Shown in pieces: positions 35,248 through 38,511 of a DNA stretch of 38,511 nt. Source of the stretch: an uncultured Bdellovibrionales bacterium (GTDB lineage Bacteria; Patescibacteriota; Minisyncoccia; Moranbacterales; UBA1568); contig CAYLMF010000005.1 of NCBI GenBank assembly GCA_964385005.1, positions 1 through 38,511 on the forward strand, read 5' to 3'. The stretch's first letter is position 1; each line of letters opens with the position of its first letter. The translations under genes and the position numbers were made by a program. Under the pieces are notes generated by a model that searched no databases, was not told where the DNA came from, and saw only the letters and a program-made list of their open reading frames with translations.

Positions 35248-35511
35248 TCACTTCATGATTACTTCAGGATACGTAACCTCAACCCCTGCTTCAACAATGT
35301 GTGCCAACCATTCAAGATGAACATTGTCATGACTGTGACCTGCTTCCGTCTTGAAGCCACAGGCACACTTGAGCCAAATATGAATACCTCTCTCTACCCA
35401 CTGACCATGATGTCCATTATCTCGGCCAGCGAAGCACTCTGCCGTGATAAATGGTTCCTGTTCCTCGTCCGACAAGGTATCCATAAATTTCTGAATTTCT
35501 TCGGGGCGCAT
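35248..35511 (-). CDS. orphan small protein (87 aa), acidic N-terminus, Cys/His-rich core; function unknown
   Basis: ATG preceded by AGGAG at 7-nt spacing (gactAGGAGaattgttATG) and followed by its own strong terminator. Sequence: MRPEEIQKFMDTLSDEEQEPFITAECFAGRDNGHHGQWVERGIHIWLKCACGFKTEAGHSHDNVHLEWLAHIVEAGVEVTYPEVIMK. It is the only TGA-terminated ORF among the calls. Confidence 0.55.
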   Translation of the reverse strand: MRPEEIQKFMDTLSDEEQEPFITAECFAGRDNGHHGQWVERGIHIWLKCACGFKTEAGHSHDNVHLEWLAHIVEAGVEVTYPEVIMK

Positions 35512-35764
35512 AACAATTCTCCTAGTCTTTCAAAAGCCCTACGACTGAACAAATCTCATCCAGATTTCTGGACATTAGAGAGTAACCTATCTACTTAGGC
35601 TCGCCAAGGAATACAGTAAAGGTTTTCACGGGGGTTTGCTCGAAGAAAAAGCGTGGTCTGCGAAACCTATTGAGCAGTTTTTCTGAGAGCACAGAGTGAA
35701 TGTTTCGCTGGAAAACATGAACGTCTCCGAAAAAACTTTTGCTGTATGACTAACCACTTACAAT

Positions 35765-35797
35765 AAATAAAAAACCGCCTCTTGCGAGACGGTTTTT
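35765..35797 (-). terminator. rho-independent terminator after fusA
   Basis: Minus strand reads accgtctc-gcaa-gaggcggt (one mismatch) followed by TTTTTTATTTATT, 18 nt after the fusA stop. Confidence 0.75.
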
Positions 35798-35814
35798 AAT
35801 TTCAAGTAATTTCT

Positions 35815-37914
<2,100 letters not shown>

Positions 37915-37964
37915 ACAAAAAATTTAGTATTTTATATCTGGATAAATAATAATGGAATCTTCTT

Positions 37965-37991
37965 AAAGCAAAAAGCTTCTCGAAAGAAGCT
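37965..37991 (-). terminator. terminator-like or attenuator hairpin between rpsG and fusA
   Basis: Minus strand reads agcttct-ttcg-agaagct immediately after the rpsG TAG, followed by TTTTGCTTT. Confidence 0.5.
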
Positions 37992-38459
37992 CTAGGCAAA
38001 GTGAGCGAAAGCTTTGTTGGCTTCAGCCATACGGTGAGTGTCTTCGCGCTTCTTCATAGCGGTACCTACCTTATTTGAGGCGTCGATAAGTTCGTCAGCA
38101 AGCTTCTCAGCCATACCCTTACCCTTCTTGTTGCGACAAGCGTCACGCAACCAACGCATAGCGAGTACCTGACGGCGCTCTCCTGAAACTGGCACTGGCA
38201 CCTGGTAGTTAGCGCCACCTACGCGACGGCTCTTCAGCTGAAGCAATGGAGCAACGTTCTTTATTGCCTGCTCAAAAGTGTTGAGACCACCCTTCTTGGT
38301 GCGGTCATGGATGATATCAAAAGCATCGTAGATAATTCTTTCTGCAGTACTCTTCTTACCATCCCACATGATCATTCCAATGAAATGACCTACCAAAGGG
38401 TTACCGTACTGAGTGTCCGGCTTCCATTCTCGTTTAAATTGTCGCTTTCTTCGTGGCAT
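37992..38459 (-). CDS. rpsG: 30S ribosomal protein S7
   Basis: 155 aa. MPRRKR....DTQYGN.LV..FI...M.DGKKSTAERIIYDAF...VGGANYQVPV.V...RR..LAMRW. Confidence 0.97.
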   Translation of the reverse strand: MPRRKRQFKREWKPDTQYGNPLVGHFIGMIMWDGKKSTAERIIYDAFDIIHDRTKKGGLNTFEQAIKNVAPLLQLKSRRVGGANYQVPVPVSGERRQVLAMRWLRDACRNKKGKGMAEKLADELIDASNKVGTAMKKREDTHRMAEANKAFAHFA

Positions 38460-38465
38460 AAAAAC

Positions 38466-38500
38466 TAGGTTTTAGGTGATAGTGAATAGGTTTTAGGTTC
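38466..38500. repeat. tandem heptanucleotide array, 5 units (TAGGTTT TAGGTGA TAGTGAA TAGGTTT TAGGTTC), directly upstream of rpsG
   Basis: Read directly. It shares the 14-mer TAGGTTTTAGGTGA with 9298-9311 and ends 6 nt from the rpsG start codon on the minus strand. Confidence 0.85.
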
Positions 38501-38511
38501 TCTGTAATAGT

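Noticed and set aside
35007-35258. 83-aa + strand ORF upstream of tuf.
   Set aside because: It reads straight through two terminator hairpins and an AT-rich promoter-like region, and it is low-complexity. No other + strand gene exists in this 33-kb block.

Overview
The window is a compact, housekeeping-dominated stretch of a small-genome bacterium. Everything from 4909 to 38459 is on the minus strand. Gene content and the lack of an L30 gene between rpsE and rplO fit a Candidate Phyla Radiation / Patescibacteria-like organism, but that is an inference, since no rRNA is present. Reading right to left on the minus strand, the order is: rpsG, fusA, an orphan 87-aa ORF, tuf, then rpsJ through rplO with no rpmD, then secY-adk-map. 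A 390-bp non-coding gap follows, then ruvX, a GT2 polyprenyl-phosphate glycosyltransferase, galT-tpiA-gap, an acidic hypothetical protein and a D-aminoacylase-like protein. After those come murD, trxB, murA, mreB, two GT4 glycosyltransferases, holB and ftsQ. Two GT-C (PMT/ArnT-like) membrane glycosyltransferases lie on the + strand at 1332..4861, and a partial hypothetical gene occupies the left edge. No rRNA, tRNA, CRISPR array, transposase or recognisable defence system was found. The main unexplained signals are listed here. (1) A dispersed family of tandem 7-nt TAGGTNN repeats occurs at three loci, two inside one GT4 gene and one directly upstream of rpsG. (2) A 144-bp inverted-repeat element has termini that carry the same TAGGT core. 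(3) None of the 43 confident genes uses TGA, either as a stop or in frame (28 TAA, 15 TAG). (4) The orphan Cys/His-rich ORF between fusA and tuf is the only TGA-terminated and only AGGAG-preceded ORF in the window. (5) Three unusually long structured non-coding gaps lie at 7920..8180, 21065..21455 and 33093..33300. (6) The D-aminoacylase homologue appears to have lost most canonical metal ligands. All functional calls come from motif recognition in the supplied translations; no database search was run.
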